Positions 19,522-30,257 of a stretch of 64,000 bases of DNA are shown one piece after another. The stretch comes from Vulcanimicrobiota bacterium. Its GTDB lineage: Bacteria; Vulcanimicrobiota; Xenobia; Xenobiales; JADMJV01. The translations under genes and the position numbers were made by a program. Numbering within the stretch: the first letter of the stretch is position 1; the number at the start of each line of letters is the position of its first letter. The notes under the pieces were generated by a model. The model searched no databases and had not been told where the DNA came from. It worked only from the letters and a program-made list of their open reading frames with translations. The stretch spans positions 1,160,008-1,224,007 of the forward strand of contig JBFWNU010000001.1 of assembly GCA_050250895.1 (NCBI GenBank), given 5' to 3'.

Positions 19522-21825
19522 CTAGTCGGGCTTGAGGTTGGCGACGGCTTCTTGCAGACGGGCGCTTCTGGCCTTGAGTTGCTCGAGGATGGCCTCGGCT
19601 TCTTCCGGCTTTTCGTCCACCGGGTGATGCTCGAGTTGGGCCGCCAACTCGGCCACTGACCTGGCCCCAAAATTGGCCACCATCCCTTTGTAAGTGTGAG
19701 CTTCTTTGCGCAGGCGGGTGCTGTCTTTGTCGCGCACCGCACCGGCGATGGCTTCCAGCGAAGACGGGATGGTGTCGAGCAACTGAGCACACACCATCTC
19801 GACCACTTGCCACGAGCCGGCCGCCCGGCGCAACAAGCCCGCCTTGTCGAGCACGTTCTCTTCGGGCTCGGAGGCTTCTTGGACAACCTTGGTCGGGGCC
19901 GCTTCGGGCTCTTCTTCTTCTCCGACCACCTTGGCCAGTTCCGCCTTGAGTTCTTCGACATCGATGGGCTTGGACACGTAGCCGTCCATGCCGGCGTCGA
20001 GGCAACGTTCGCGGTCGCCTTTCATGGCATGGGCAGTGAGGGCGATGATGGGAATTCTTTCGTCTTTGCCCTGCTCGAGCTTGCGAATCTCGGCGGTGGC
20101 CTCGAAGCCATCGAGTTCTGGCATCTGGATGTCCATCAGAATGACATCGAAACCACCTTCCTGGAAGGCCTCGACGGCGGCCCGCCCATCGCCGGCTACG
20201 GTCACGGTATGACCCGCCTGCTGAAGCGTGATGGTGGCCAGTGTCTGGTTGATGGGGTTGTCTTCAGCCACCAGCACGTTGAGTCCCCGGCCGGCGACCG
20301 GAGCCTCGATAGTCTCGAACTTGGGGCGAGCAGTGGCGCTGGCCTCGGGGTCGACCTGAACCTGGATAGTGAAGTGGAAAGTGGAGCCTTTGTTGAGCAC
20401 ACTTTCGACCCAGATCTCGCCCCCCATGAGTTCGACCAGTCGACTCGAGATCGACAGACCCAGACCGGTGCCACCGAACTTGCGGGTGGTGGAGGTGTCG
20501 GCCTGGGCGAAGGACTCGAAGATCTTGCTCTGCTGTTCGGCGGGGATGCCGATGCCTGTGTCTTCGACTTCGAAATGGAGCGTGAATTTATCGCCCTGTC
20601 GTGCCTTGAGGCGGACCCGCAGGGCGATACGGCCCTTTTCGGTGAACTTGATGGCGTTGCCCAGTAGATTGATGAGAACCTGGCGGATACGCACCGAGTC
20701 ACTGATGATGCCGTCGGGCACATCCTCACCAACATCCGTGGTCAGGCCCAGACCTTTCTCCTGGGCTTTGAAGCCGACCGTCATGCAGATGGTGTGGATG
20801 GTTTCACGAAGCTTGAAGGGGTGCGGATCGTAGTCGAGCAGACCGGCTTCGATCTTCGAGAAGTCCAGAATGTCGTTGATCACCTGCAGCAACGAGTCGG
20901 CGGAACTTGCCACCATGGTCAGATAGCTGCGCTGCTTGTGGTCGAGATCGGTGGCCAGGGCCAGTTTCGTCATGCCGATCACGCCGTTCATGGGAGTTCG
21001 GATTTCATGGCTCATGTTGGCCAGAAACAGGCTTTTGGCGTTGCTGGCTTCAAGGGCCTGGTCACGCGCTACGGCCAGTTCCTCGTGGGCCTCTTCGATG
21101 CGTTCGAGCATTTCGTTGAACGCATCGACGAGGATTCCCGTTTCGTCGAGGCTTTCTTTTTTGACCCTCAGAGAGTAGTCGCGTCGTTCGGAGACGGTCT
21201 TGGCCGTCCGGGCCAGCGCCATGATGGGGCGCGAAATGACCCTTTGCAGGGCCCTGGCGACACCGAACGAGGCCAGCCCGGTGAGCAGCATGATCAGCAC
21301 CGCCAGCCGCAGATCGCGCAGCAGTTGAGCAATAAAGACACTGTTGTCAGCCTCGATGCAGAGCCAACCGATCAGTTGCTTGTCGACGATGATCTGTCGC
21401 ACCATCAGCAACCTGCCGTCGGGATAGCTGGTTTTGGACGGCAACAGCGTGGGGGGTCTCAGGCTGCCTTGCAGGTTGGGCCGGACGTAGGAGATCTCGA
21501 GGGGCTCGGCTCGGGCGTCGAGTTGGGGAATGACGAAGATCTCTCCGTCGGCGTCGTAGAACGCCGCCCATTGGATGGTCGGATCATCGGCCAGACTGGA
21601 AAGGTTGACATCATTAATCACGCCCAGGGCCAGGCCCGGAGCCATAAACTCCACCAGCACCGAAGCGGTCGCTTCGAGCTGGTCGGCTACGGTTTGCTCG
21701 TAGGTATACCATTTCGAAGTGAGAAAGCCAGCCGAACAAAGCAAAATGGCGACCAGGGAGGTCGACAGGGCGAAGCCGGTGAGTTTGCCTGAAAGCGAAA
21801 GATCGCGAAACCAACCCGTTAAGAT
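19522..21825 (-). CDS. Membrane-bound hybrid sensor histidine kinase (periplasmic sensor-HAMP-HisKA-HATPase-REC-HPt)
   Basis: [35 protein letters not shown] and HPt AHTYKG. The first canonical start is TTG 21744, but the protein-like frame extends to ATC 21825 (see findings). Confidence 0.9.
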   Translation of the reverse strand: MLTGWFRDLSLSGKLTGFALSTSLVAILLCSAGFLTSKWYTYEQTVADQLEATASVLVEFMAPGLALGVINDVNLSSLADDPTIQWAAFYDADGEIFVIPQLDARAEPLEISYVRPNLQGSLRPPTLLPSKTSYPDGRLLMVRQIIVDKQLIGWLCIEADNSVFIAQLLRDLRLAVLIMLLTGLASFGVARALQRVISRPIMALARTAKTVSERRDYSLRVKKESLDETGILVDAFNEMLERIEEAHEELAVARDQALEASNAKSLFLANMSHEIRTPMNGVIGMTKLALATDLDHKQRSYLTMVASSADSLLQVINDILDFSKIEAGLLDYDPHPFKLRETIHTICMTVGFKAQEKGLGLTTDVGEDVPDGIISDSVRIRQVLINLLGNAIKFTEKGRIALRVRLKARQGDKFTLHFEVEDTGIGIPAEQQSKIFESFAQADTSTTRKFGGTGLGLSISSRLVELMGGEIWVESVLNKGSTFHFTIQVQVDPEASATARPKFETIEAPVAGRGLNVLVAEDNPINQTLATITLQQAGHTVTVAGDGRAAVEAFQEGGFDVILMDIQMPELDGFEATAEIRKLEQGKDERIPIIALTAHAMKGDRERCLDAGMDGYVSKPIDVEELKAELAKVVGEEEEPEAAPTKVVQEASEPEENVLDKAGLLRRAAGSWQVVEMVCAQLLDTIPSSLEAIAGAVRDKDSTRLRKEAHTYKGMVANFGARSVAELAAQLEHHPVDEKPEEAEAILEQLKARSARLQEAVANLKPD

Positions 21826-22802
21826 AGTGGCTGATCCTCCGATTCCAGGGTCCGGGTGATGGTCGGTTCGCCAGCGATCATCCGGGTGTTCTTGGATTCG
21901 AGCGGTTGCCCTTCGCGTTCATAGAGCCAGGCTTCGAAGCTGCGCGGGCCCACCCCCAGGTCGATGTGGGTGAGACCGCTTTCGGGACAGGTGTTACCTT
22001 CTTTGAGCATGCGCAACATGCCGTCGGTGACCGGAAACCAGGAAAACCCTCCCAACACTCCGCTGGCTGCCTCCATCAACCAGAATGGGAAGGGAATCAG
22101 TCTGACCTTGTGGCCGCCGGCTTCGCGTAACATGGTCAAGACGGCCCGGTAGGTGTAAACCTCTGGACCGCAGAGATGATAGGCTTGCTTGATCGATTCC
22201 GGCCGCTCCAGAGCGGCCACGAAGGCCGAGGCCACCTCCGTCACCGATACCGGCGCCAGTCGATAGCTGCCGTCTCCGAAGTAGGGCAGCAGAGGCAGAC
22301 GCTTCATGGAGTCGACCAGGGTCGACACGAAGCTGGGACGGTCCTCGCGTCCACCATAAACCACCGAGGGCCGGAAGATGGTCCAATCCAGGGCGCTGGC
22401 CCGGACGGCTTCTTCCTCTTTGGCTTTGGACACCATATAGCCGGTCTGGATGGCCCGTTCGGCCCCGTTGGCGCTCATGTGGAGAAAGCGCTTCACCCCG
22501 AACCGTGAGCAGCTGCGCAACAGGTCGACGGTGGCTTGATAGTGGAGCTTTTCGAAGGTGATGCCCTGGCCGGGAAACTCGCGCAAGATGCCTACCAGAT
22601 GAACGCAGGCCTGGCAGTTTTCCAGGGCCTGGTGGTAGGAGTCAGGTCGAGTCACATCGCCCTCTACGACCTGGGCCACCCCCCGCACCGTCAGTCGGTC
22701 GGGGTCGCGCACCAGAGCAACCACCTCGTGCTCGGCCCGAACTAGCCTGGACAGGACCTCGGTGCCGACGAATCCGGTTCCCCCGGTGACGAAGATTCGC
22801 AT
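21819..22802 (-). CDS. NAD-dependent epimerase/dehydratase (NDUFA9-like atypical SDR)
   Basis: [33 protein letters not shown]. Confidence 0.9.
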   Translation of the reverse strand: MRIFVTGGTGFVGTEVLSRLVRAEHEVVALVRDPDRLTVRGVAQVVEGDVTRPDSYHQALENCQACVHLVGILREFPGQGITFEKLHYQATVDLLRSCSRFGVKRFLHMSANGAERAIQTGYMVSKAKEEEAVRASALDWTIFRPSVVYGGREDRPSFVSTLVDSMKRLPLLPYFGDGSYRLAPVSVTEVASAFVAALERPESIKQAYHLCGPEVYTYRAVLTMLREAGGHKVRLIPFPFWLMEAASGVLGGFSWFPVTDGMLRMLKEGNTCPESGLTHIDLGVGPRSFEAWLYEREGQPLESKNTRMIAGEPTITRTLESEDQPLS

Positions 22803-22807
22803 CGGCG

Positions 22808-23038
22808 TTAAAGGATGGTGACGCCCTCAGAGCCCAGGCCGTCGGCCGCCGCTGCCGATTTGCCATTGCGTTTGCGGTGGCGAAGTTCGCGAGCCCTGTC
22901 GGCGAGCAACTGGCGCGTCTCTTGGCCTGATTGAGGCGCGAGCAAGACGGCAGCCGCAGCCCCCGCCAGTGTTCCCACGATCAGACCCAGGGCAAAGCCG
23001 AAGCCGCCGATGCTGGATTTCTCTTTCTGCTTAGACAT
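22808..23038 (-). CDS. YtxH-domain protein
   Basis: FALGLIVGTLAGAAAAVLLAPQSGQETRQLL. Confidence 0.88.
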   Translation of the reverse strand: MSKQKEKSSIGGFGFALGLIVGTLAGAAAAVLLAPQSGQETRQLLADRARELRHRKRNGKSAAAADGLGSEGVTIL

Positions 23039-23258
23039 GGTCTTCCTCAATCGAAAACTTCGAACTGGGCCGCTCGGCTACCTCTAAAAACTACGGTTTT
23101 CGAACAAAGAGCCGTTCCAAAGCAGGGTATTGCTGGCCTTTTTATCGAACCGGAACGCGGCTGTTACGGCATCACCTCTGGGCTTGCCGGGCCGTAATGT
23201 TTTTGTATAAGATGTGTGGAGGTTCTCTGGCCGGAGAGCCTGGAATTAGGAGAATGGG

Positions 23259-23993
23259 ATGAATCTCGTAACAGTCGCGACATCTTCTATCGGAAAGAAG
23301 TTTATCGCGGCGTTCACCGGTTTGATCATGGTGGTTTTCACCATCGGACACCTGACCGGAAACCTGATGCTCTTGATGGGGCCGAAATATTTCAACGAGT
23401 ACGCGCTCTTCCTCGAGAACCTCTTCCACGGCTGGGCCGTCTTGATCGCAGACCTGGTGTTGCTGGCCGTGGTGGTCAGTCACATCTGGGCCGGAGTCAG
23501 CGTCCAGCTTCGACGGGGAGAAGCCAGACCGCGCGACTACGAGTCCAAGCATGATGCCGGGGGCACCAGCCAGAAGTCTTTCGCCTCCAGCACCATGATC
23601 TTCACCGGAGTGGCTCTGCTCGTCTTTATCGTGGTGCATCTGCTGAACTTCAAGTGGGGCAACACTCAGGTCATCGCTCTCGACCATGGTGAAGAGATTC
23701 GCAACCTGTACGGGTTGGTAGTCACCAAGTTCGGCGAACCGCTCTTCGCCTTCGGGTACATCGCCATGATGATGCTCTTTGGCGTGCATATCAGCCACGG
23801 CATCTGGAGCGCGTTTCAGTCGCTTGGCCTGGCTAACGATAACTACCTTCCAGTCTTGCAAAAGCTGGGATGGGCACTATCTTTCTTGTTAGCCTTCGGA
23901 TTCATTCTGTTGCCGGGATTGATTTTTGGCTTCAACAGCTATTTCGTCGAGGCCAACCAAACTTATCTGCAGACGATGATGGGAAGGGGCTGA
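23259..23993 (+). CDS. sdhC: Succinate dehydrogenase cytochrome b558 subunit
   Basis: SSIGKKFIAAFTG...GHLTGN, five TM helices, heme His residues (HISHGIWSAFQSLG); AGGAG RBS. Confidence 0.93.
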   Translation: MNLVTVATSSIGKKFIAAFTGLIMVVFTIGHLTGNLMLLMGPKYFNEYALFLENLFHGWAVLIADLVLLAVVVSHIWAGVSVQLRRGEARPRDYESKHDAGGTSQKSFASSTMIFTGVALLVFIVVHLLNFKWGNTQVIALDHGEEIRNLYGLVVTKFGEPLFAFGYIAMMMLFGVHISHGIWSAFQSLGLANDNYLPVLQKLGWALSFLLAFGFILLPGLIFGFNSYFVEANQTYLQTMMGRG

Positions 23994-23996
23994 CCC

Positions 23997-25931
23997 GTGG
24001 CCAAGAAAAAAGAGGTATTCCTCGATTCCAAGATTCCCGACGGTCCAGTCGAAGAGAAGTGGAATCTTTATCGGCGAGACGTCAAACTGGTGTCGCCGGC
24101 CAACAAGCGTAAATACACCATTATCGTGGTTGGCACCGGCCTGGCCGGCGCCTCGGCCGCGGCCAGTCTGGGCGAACTGGGCTACAACGTGCTCAGCTTC
24201 TGTATTCAAGACAGCCCGCGCCGAGCCCACAGTGTGGCCGCTCAGGGTGGCATCAACGCCGCCAAGAACTATCAGAACGACGGCGACAGCGTGTGGCGCC
24301 TGTTCTATGACACGGTCAAAGGCGGGGATTTCCGCGCCCGCGAGGCCAACGTCTATCGCCTGGCTCAGGTGAGTGTCGACATCATCGACCAGTGCGCCGC
24401 CCAGGGGGTGCCCTTCGCCCGCGAGTACGGCGGCGTGCTCTCCAATCGCTCTTTCGGCGGGGCTCAGGTGTCGCGCACGTTTTACGCTCGAGGACAGACC
24501 GGTCAGCAGCTTCTGCTCGGTGCCTACGGCGCCTTGAGTCGCCAGGTTCAGGCCGGCAAGGTCAAGCAATTCGCTCGGCGCGAGATGCTCGACCTGGTTC
24601 TTATCGACGGCAAGGCGCGAGGCATCATTTGCCGCAACCTGGTCACCGGCGCGATCGAGCGCTATGCCGGTCACGCGGTGTTGCTGTGCACCGGTGGTTA
24701 CGGTCCGGTCTTTTATCTCTCGACCAACGCCGTCAACTGCAACCCGACGGCCGCCTGGCGCTGCCATAAACGGGGTGCGTATTTTGCCAACCCCTGCTAC
24801 ACCCAGATTCACCCGACCTGTATTCCCCAGGCTGGTGATTACCAGTCCAAGCTCACCCTGATGAGCGAGAGCCTCCGTAACGACGGCCGCGTATGGGTGC
24901 CGCGCAAACCCGATGACGACCGCAAGCCCAAGGACATTCCCGAGGCAGAACGCTACTACTTTTTGGAAGAACGTTATCCGGCCTTTGGTAATCTGGTTCC
25001 CCGCGACATCGCCTCGCGGGCGGCCAAGAAGGTCTGCGATGACGGCAAAGGGGTGGGACCCACCAAGAGGGCCGTATACCTCGATTTCAAGGATGCCATT
25101 GCCCGTGACGGCGAGCAAGTCATCCGCGAGAAATACGGCAACTTGTTCTCGATGTATGAGGAAATCACCGGCGAGGACCCCTATCACACCCCGATGCGGA
25201 TCTATCCAGCCTCGCACTACACCATGGGCGGGTTGTGGGTCGATTATAATCTCATGAGCAACATCCCCGGCCTGCACGTGCTCGGAGAGGCCAATTTCTC
25301 GGACCACGGCGCCAACCGACTGGGAGCTAGCGCACTGATGCAAGGCCTCGCCGACGGTTACTTCGTTATCCCCTATACCCTGGGTGACTACCTGGCCCGC
25401 AACCAGGCGGCCGAGCCTCTGAGTACGGCCACTCCCGAATTCGACCAGGTCGACGGTGAGGTCAAGGAGGCTACCCGCCGCCTGCTCGAGATCAAGGGTG
25501 ACAAGACCCCGACCGAGTTCCATCGCGAGTTGGGCAAGATCATGTGGGATCACGTCGGAATGGCGCGCACCGAGGAGGGCTTGACTCAGGCCATTTCTGA
25601 GATTCGCAGCCTGCGCAAGGAATTCTGGGAAAAGGTCAGCGTGCCTGGCAGTGGCGAGACCCTCAACAAGAACCTCGAGTTCGCTGGCCGAGTCGGCGAT
25701 TTCATCGAGTTGGCCGAACTGATGGCTTTGGATGCCCGCGAGCGCAAGGAGAGTTGTGGCGGGCATTTCCGTGAGGAGTATCAGACCGAAGGTGGCGAGG
25801 CCCTGCGTAACGATGATGACTACTGTTACGTGGCCGCCTGGGAGTATAGCGGTGACCCCAGCGAGCCCAAACTCCATAAAGAGAACCTGTCGTTCGAGAA
25901 CGTTAAACTCGCCCAGAGGAGTTATAAGTAA
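23997..25931 (+). CDS. sdhA: Succinate dehydrogenase/fumarate reductase flavoprotein
   Basis: [52 protein letters not shown]. Confidence 0.97.
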   Translation: MAKKKEVFLDSKIPDGPVEEKWNLYRRDVKLVSPANKRKYTIIVVGTGLAGASAAASLGELGYNVLSFCIQDSPRRAHSVAAQGGINAAKNYQNDGDSVWRLFYDTVKGGDFRAREANVYRLAQVSVDIIDQCAAQGVPFAREYGGVLSNRSFGGAQVSRTFYARGQTGQQLLLGAYGALSRQVQAGKVKQFARREMLDLVLIDGKARGIICRNLVTGAIERYAGHAVLLCTGGYGPVFYLSTNAVNCNPTAAWRCHKRGAYFANPCYTQIHPTCIPQAGDYQSKLTLMSESLRNDGRVWVPRKPDDDRKPKDIPEAERYYFLEERYPAFGNLVPRDIASRAAKKVCDDGKGVGPTKRAVYLDFKDAIARDGEQVIREKYGNLFSMYEEITGEDPYHTPMRIYPASHYTMGGLWVDYNLMSNIPGLHVLGEANFSDHGANRLGASALMQGLADGYFVIPYTLGDYLARNQAAEPLSTATPEFDQVDGEVKEATRRLLEIKGDKTPTEFHRELGKIMWDHVGMARTEEGLTQAISEIRSLRKEFWEKVSVPGSGETLNKNLEFAGRVGDFIELAELMALDARERKESCGGHFREEYQTEGGEALRNDDDYCYVAAWEYSGDPSEPKLHKENLSFENVKLAQRSYK

Positions 25932-26674
25932 TGAAAATCCATCTCAAAGTCTGGCGCCAGTCGGGCCCTGACGCGGCCGGCAAGCTCGAGTCCTACACCC
26001 TCAACGATCTTCTCCCCGAGATGTCCTTTCTCGAGATGCTCGATGTGCTAAACGAGAAGTTGACCAAAGAAGGCAAAGACCCCGTGGCTTTCGATAGCGA
26101 CTGTCGGGAGGGTATTTGCGGGATGTGTGGTCTGGTCATCAATGGAGTGGCCCACGGACCCAAGGCAGCCTGCACCACCTGCGAGCTGCGTCTGCGCTCT
26201 TATCAGGACGGCGACACCATTACTGTCGAGCCGTGGCGGGCCAAAGGCTTTCCGGTCATCAGGGACCTGGTGGTCGATCGCACCGCCTTTGACCGCATCA
26301 TTCAGGCCGGAGGCTACGTTTCGGTCAATACCGGCTCGGCTCCCGATGCCAACGCCGTCCCGGTAGGCAAAGAGAAGGCTGAAGCGGCCATGGACGCGGC
26401 CGCCTGTATCGGCTGCGGGGCCTGCGTGGCTGCCTGTCCAAACGCGTCGGCTTCGCTGTTCGTCGGGGCTAAGGTTACTCAATTAGCCTTGCTGCCCCAG
26501 GGCCAACCTGAACGGGATGCTCGCGTGCTTGCCATGGTGGCCCAGATGGACCAGGAGGGTTTTGGGGACTGCTCTAATCACGGCGAATGCGAGGCCGTCT
26601 GCCCCAAGTCTATTTCGATCAGCCACATCGCCCAGCTGCGTCGAGACTACCTGGTCGCCTCGTTGCGCTCGTAG
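25931..26674 (+). CDS. sdhB: Succinate dehydrogenase iron-sulfur subunit
   Basis: [35 protein letters not shown]. Confidence 0.97.
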   Translation: MKIHLKVWRQSGPDAAGKLESYTLNDLLPEMSFLEMLDVLNEKLTKEGKDPVAFDSDCREGICGMCGLVINGVAHGPKAACTTCELRLRSYQDGDTITVEPWRAKGFPVIRDLVVDRTAFDRIIQAGGYVSVNTGSAPDANAVPVGKEKAEAAMDAAACIGCGACVAACPNASASLFVGAKVTQLALLPQGQPERDARVLAMVAQMDQEGFGDCSNHGECEAVCPKSISISHIAQLRRDYLVASLRS

Positions 26675-26677
26675 CTC

Positions 26678-27862
26678 TTGGCACAGCAAGGGGCAGGGCT
26701 CGGGTCGGTTCCCGGTGGACCCGATCGACGGGCGCAGGCGCTCACCGCTCTCACCCTGTGGCTTGCTTTGGTCTGGGTCGTCACGGTCGGTTTGCGCCTG
26801 GCTCACTCGGCTCGCACCGAAGCCACTGTAGCCGATAGAGTCGAGACGCGCCTGGCCGAACGACTGGCCGGCGTGTCTTTTCATTTTCCCTCTTTGAGCG
26901 AGCCGACCCGCCACAAACTGCTCGAGGCAGCCCGCGAACTGGTAGGCGACGACCCGCTCAAACAGAAGATCTTGCGCTCGGAAGAGCCATCGCCTGAAGA
27001 GATGGAAAAGCTCGAGGGCTGGTATCTTCTGCAGGGCGACTACATTCGCAACCACGTGAAGCGGACCAAGCGCGAACTCGAAGCCCGGGCCCGAAGCGAT
27101 CTCAATCGGTTGGTGACGGCCATGGTCCTGATCTTGAGCAGCCTGCTGATCGGCTCCATTCTCTGGCTGCTGACCCCCAGGCTCTTTCCGCTGCTCGGCC
27201 CCGCCCTCGAAGTCGAGCCCGAGCGGCAGCGCGTCTGTCTGGCTTTGAGCCTGTACTTTTTGTGGGACTTCTTGTGTCTGTTCGCCGGCTCAACGGTAAA
27301 AACGATCCTGGAACCTTTCTTCACCTGGCCTATCGTCGTGGTGCCGGTCCAGTTCGTGTTCTACCTGCTGGGCGTAGGCTTATGCTTTAGCTTCTGCCGG
27401 GAGCTTCGGCTGGGTATCACCTGGAAGAACACGCTGGCCGGGGTGTGCGCCTTCACCATGTGCGGTCCGGTGGTCTTTGTAGCCACCCAGGTCACCCAAC
27501 TGATCAGCGGCCGGTCGGCCGGTTCCACCAACCCTATGCTCGAGATGCTGACCAACGTCAGCACCGGGGTCTTCTGGCTGGTCTTGTTGGCAGCGGTGGT
27601 CGGCCCGATGTTCGAGGAGTTCATGTTTCGTGGCGTGATCTACGGCAATCTGCGACGCGCTTTGCCGGTCGGGCCGGCCATCGTCGTGAGCGCCTTCATT
27701 TTCGCCCTGGTCCACGGCGACTTCATGGCCATTTTGCCGCTGGCGGGGCTGGGGGCTATGTTTGCCGCTCTCTACGAGAAGACCGGTAGTTTGTGGCCGT
27801 CGATGGTGTGCCACGCCCTCTGGAACGGGGCCACGGTCTGGATGCTCTGGCTGCTATTCTAG
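26678..27862 (+). CDS. CPBP (CAAX/Abi) family intramembrane metalloprotease
   Basis: PMFEEFMFRG, FALVH, CHALWN motifs. Confidence 0.9.
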   Translation: MAQQGAGLGSVPGGPDRRAQALTALTLWLALVWVVTVGLRLAHSARTEATVADRVETRLAERLAGVSFHFPSLSEPTRHKLLEAARELVGDDPLKQKILRSEEPSPEEMEKLEGWYLLQGDYIRNHVKRTKRELEARARSDLNRLVTAMVLILSSLLIGSILWLLTPRLFPLLGPALEVEPERQRVCLALSLYFLWDFLCLFAGSTVKTILEPFFTWPIVVVPVQFVFYLLGVGLCFSFCRELRLGITWKNTLAGVCAFTMCGPVVFVATQVTQLISGRSAGSTNPMLEMLTNVSTGVFWLVLLAAVVGPMFEEFMFRGVIYGNLRRALPVGPAIVVSAFIFALVHGDFMAILPLAGLGAMFAALYEKTGSLWPSMVCHALWNGATVWMLWLLF

Positions 27863-27868
27863 GGCCTG

Positions 27869-27972
27869 TCAGACGCGCCTGGCTAAAGTGCGATCGAACG
27901 GGTCCCGATGAAGCTCTTGAATCCGCCGGCCACCAGAGCGTGTCTCGAGAGCACCGGTAACGGCAGAAACGA
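27869..27972 (-). pseudogene. Frameshifted remnant of a PIN-domain VapC toxin (C-terminal part)
   Basis: The minus strand reads SFLPLPVLSRHALVAGGFK in one frame and LHRDPFDRTLA in the adjacent frame; HRDPFDR is a VapC/PIN signature. Confidence 0.7.
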
Positions 27973-28031
27973 TCATGGACTGAGTCTATCGAGTCTAGTC
28001 CGTTCTGGCGAGATCTGAGCCTGTGAGTGAC

Positions 28032-30257
28032 TCACGCGGAAACCGCGAGCCGCCAGACTTGGGTCACTAGAAAACAAACGACCACGCCCATGGCCAGTGG
28101 CAAGAAGGTGGCCACCGCCGTCCAGCGCTTGCTGTGGGTCTCTTTCCAGATGGTGTAGATGGTGGTGCTGCAAGGGTTGTGCAGCAGGCTGAACAGCATC
28201 AGGTTGATGGCCGTCAGCAACGTCCAGCCGCCACCCTGCATCAGGATGTTGGATACGGTTGCGTCGCTGTCGGGCTCGAACATCACGCCGGCGCCGGCCC
28301 CCAGCCCGGCCATGTTGGCCGTCATCACCGTCAACATCAAGACGGTGGGAATGACGATTTCGTTGGCCGGGATGGCGATGATATAGGCCAGCAAGATCAC
28401 GCCGTTGAGCCCCAGCAACAGTCCCAGAGGCTCGAGGCCGTGAACCAGATGGGCGGCGATGCTCTGGCCTCCGAAGCTGAGGTTGCCCAGCAGCCAGATG
28501 AGGCCGCCGCAGGGCAGGGCGAAGATGACGGCCCGCCAGAGTACGATCAACGTGCGGTCGATCACCGAGGTGTAGAGAGTCTGCCAGATTTGAGGCGGGC
28601 GATAGGGAGGCAGCTCGAGGCTGAAGGCCGAGGCTTCACCCCGCAACACCGTCTTGGAAAGCCCCCACGAGACCAGAAAGGAGAGCGCGATGCCCAGCAA
28701 GGCGATAAAGACGACCGCCCCGGCTGAAGCCAATCCGGCCAGGGCGGGCGGGGCCAGGGCTCCTACGAAGATGGTGGCAATCAGGATTTGAGTGGGCCAG
28801 CGGCCGTTGCACAGCGAGAAGTTGTTGGTGATGATGGCGATGAGGCGCTCGCGCGGGCTGTCGATGACCCGGGTGGCCACCACCCCGGCAGCGTTGCAGC
28901 CGAAGCCCATGCTCAGCGTCAGGGCTTGCTTGCCGTGGGCCCCGGCCAGCTTGAACAGCCGGTCGAGGTTGAACGCCACCCGGGGCAGATAGCCGAAGTC
29001 TTCGAGCAGCGTAAACAACGGGAAAAAGATGGCCATAGGGGGCAGCATGACGGCCACCACCCAGGCGGTTCCGAGATAAAGCCCATCGAACAGGAAGCCC
29101 GACAGCCACCACGGCATCCCGAGGCTGGCCCCCAGACTCTTGAGGGCGGGATGGATGGTGTCGATCAAAAGTCCGGCCAGCATCGACGAGGGAACGTTGG
29201 CGCCCTGGATGGTCAGGTAGAAGACCGTGGCCAGCATGGCCACCATCAGGGGAAAGCCCCAGATGCGGCTGGTCAAGACCCGGTCCAGGGCCTGGTCCCA
29301 GGTGGGAGCTCTCTTCTCGTCAGAGTGCCGGACGACCCGGTCGGCGATGCGGGCGGCGTCGGCGAAGACCGTCTCGACCAGGCTGTCGTGAAAGTTGCGG
29401 CCCACCTCCCAGCGCAGGGTCTGGGCCTCGTGAGCCACTTCAGCCAGGGCTTCCGCGTCGGGAACCTTCTCGAGGGCGGCCAACTGGGTCAGCTCGCCTG
29501 CCTTGAGGGCCATCGAGATGCGGGGATCGCCGGAGAGCAGGCGCAGAGCTACCCAGCGCGGGTTGGGGAGCCCCTCCAGCACTTCTTCGAGGCGTTTGGT
29601 CAGGGCCTCGACGGCCTGCTTGAGGGCGGCCGATTCTTGCCTGAGGCTCAGGCGGTGCGGTTGGCAGACATACTCGCCGCAGGCCACCTGGCGGATATTC
29701 TCGAGCAGCACGTCCAGGCCTTGATTGAAGCGGGCCGAGGTGGGCACTACCGGGATCCCGAGTTCGCGAGCCAGCGTGCGGGTCTCGAGTTCGAGGCCGT
29801 GACGTTTGGCCTCGTCGGTTAGATTCAGGCACAGCACGGCCCGGTCGGTGATCTCGAGAATCTGTAGCACCAGGTTGAGGTTGCGCTCGAGCCGGGTGGC
29901 GTCGACTACGATCACGGTCACATCCGGTTGGCCGAACAGCAGAAAGTCGCGTGCGATCTCCTCGTCGGTGCTGGCCGACAGCAGGCTGTAGGTGCCGGGC
30001 AGGTCCACCAGCTTATAGCGCTGGTCCTTGAACTGAAAGGCCCCTTCGGCCCGACCAACCGTTTTGCCCGGCCAGTTGCCGGTGTGCTGGCGTAGCCCGG
30101 TCAGACTGTTGAAGACGGTGCTCTTGCCCACATTGGGGTTGCCGGCCAGAGCCACTACATAGTCGACCGACGAGATATCGAGATTCAGGCGTTTTAGATG
30201 CGAGGCATTGTGTTTGCCGCAAGTGGCGCAAGCCGAGGGAGCGCGTTCCATGTTCAT
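28032..30257 (-). CDS. feoB: Ferrous iron transport protein B
   Basis: GNPNVGKS, TGNWPGKTV, DLPGTYSL, GFGCNA, ELPPYRPP. Start reassigned to ATG 30257 (or 30251), overlapping the upstream stop. Confidence 0.95.
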   Translation of the reverse strand: MNMERAPSACATCGKHNASHLKRLNLDISSVDYVVALAGNPNVGKSTVFNSLTGLRQHTGNWPGKTVGRAEGAFQFKDQRYKLVDLPGTYSLLSASTDEEIARDFLLFGQPDVTVIVVDATRLERNLNLVLQILEITDRAVLCLNLTDEAKRHGLELETRTLARELGIPVVPTSARFNQGLDVLLENIRQVACGEYVCQPHRLSLRQESAALKQAVEALTKRLEEVLEGLPNPRWVALRLLSGDPRISMALKAGELTQLAALEKVPDAEALAEVAHEAQTLRWEVGRNFHDSLVETVFADAARIADRVVRHSDEKRAPTWDQALDRVLTSRIWGFPLMVAMLATVFYLTIQGANVPSSMLAGLLIDTIHPALKSLGASLGMPWWLSGFLFDGLYLGTAWVVAVMLPPMAIFFPLFTLLEDFGYLPRVAFNLDRLFKLAGAHGKQALTLSMGFGCNAAGVVATRVIDSPRERLIAIITNNFSLCNGRWPTQILIATIFVGALAPPALAGLASAGAVVFIALLGIALSFLVSWGLSKTVLRGEASAFSLELPPYRPPQIWQTLYTSVIDRTLIVLWRAVIFALPCGGLIWLLGNLSFGGQSIAAHLVHGLEPLGLLLGLNGVILLAYIIAIPANEIVIPTVLMLTVMTANMAGLGAGAGVMFEPDSDATVSNILMQGGGWTLLTAINLMLFSLLHNPCSTTIYTIWKETHSKRWTAVATFLPLAMGVVVCFLVTQVWRLAVSA

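Noticed and set aside
23889-25877. 662-aa antisense ORF opposite sdhA
   Set aside because: Shadow ORF expected from high-GC codon bias; no recognisable motifs, and sdhA explains the region.
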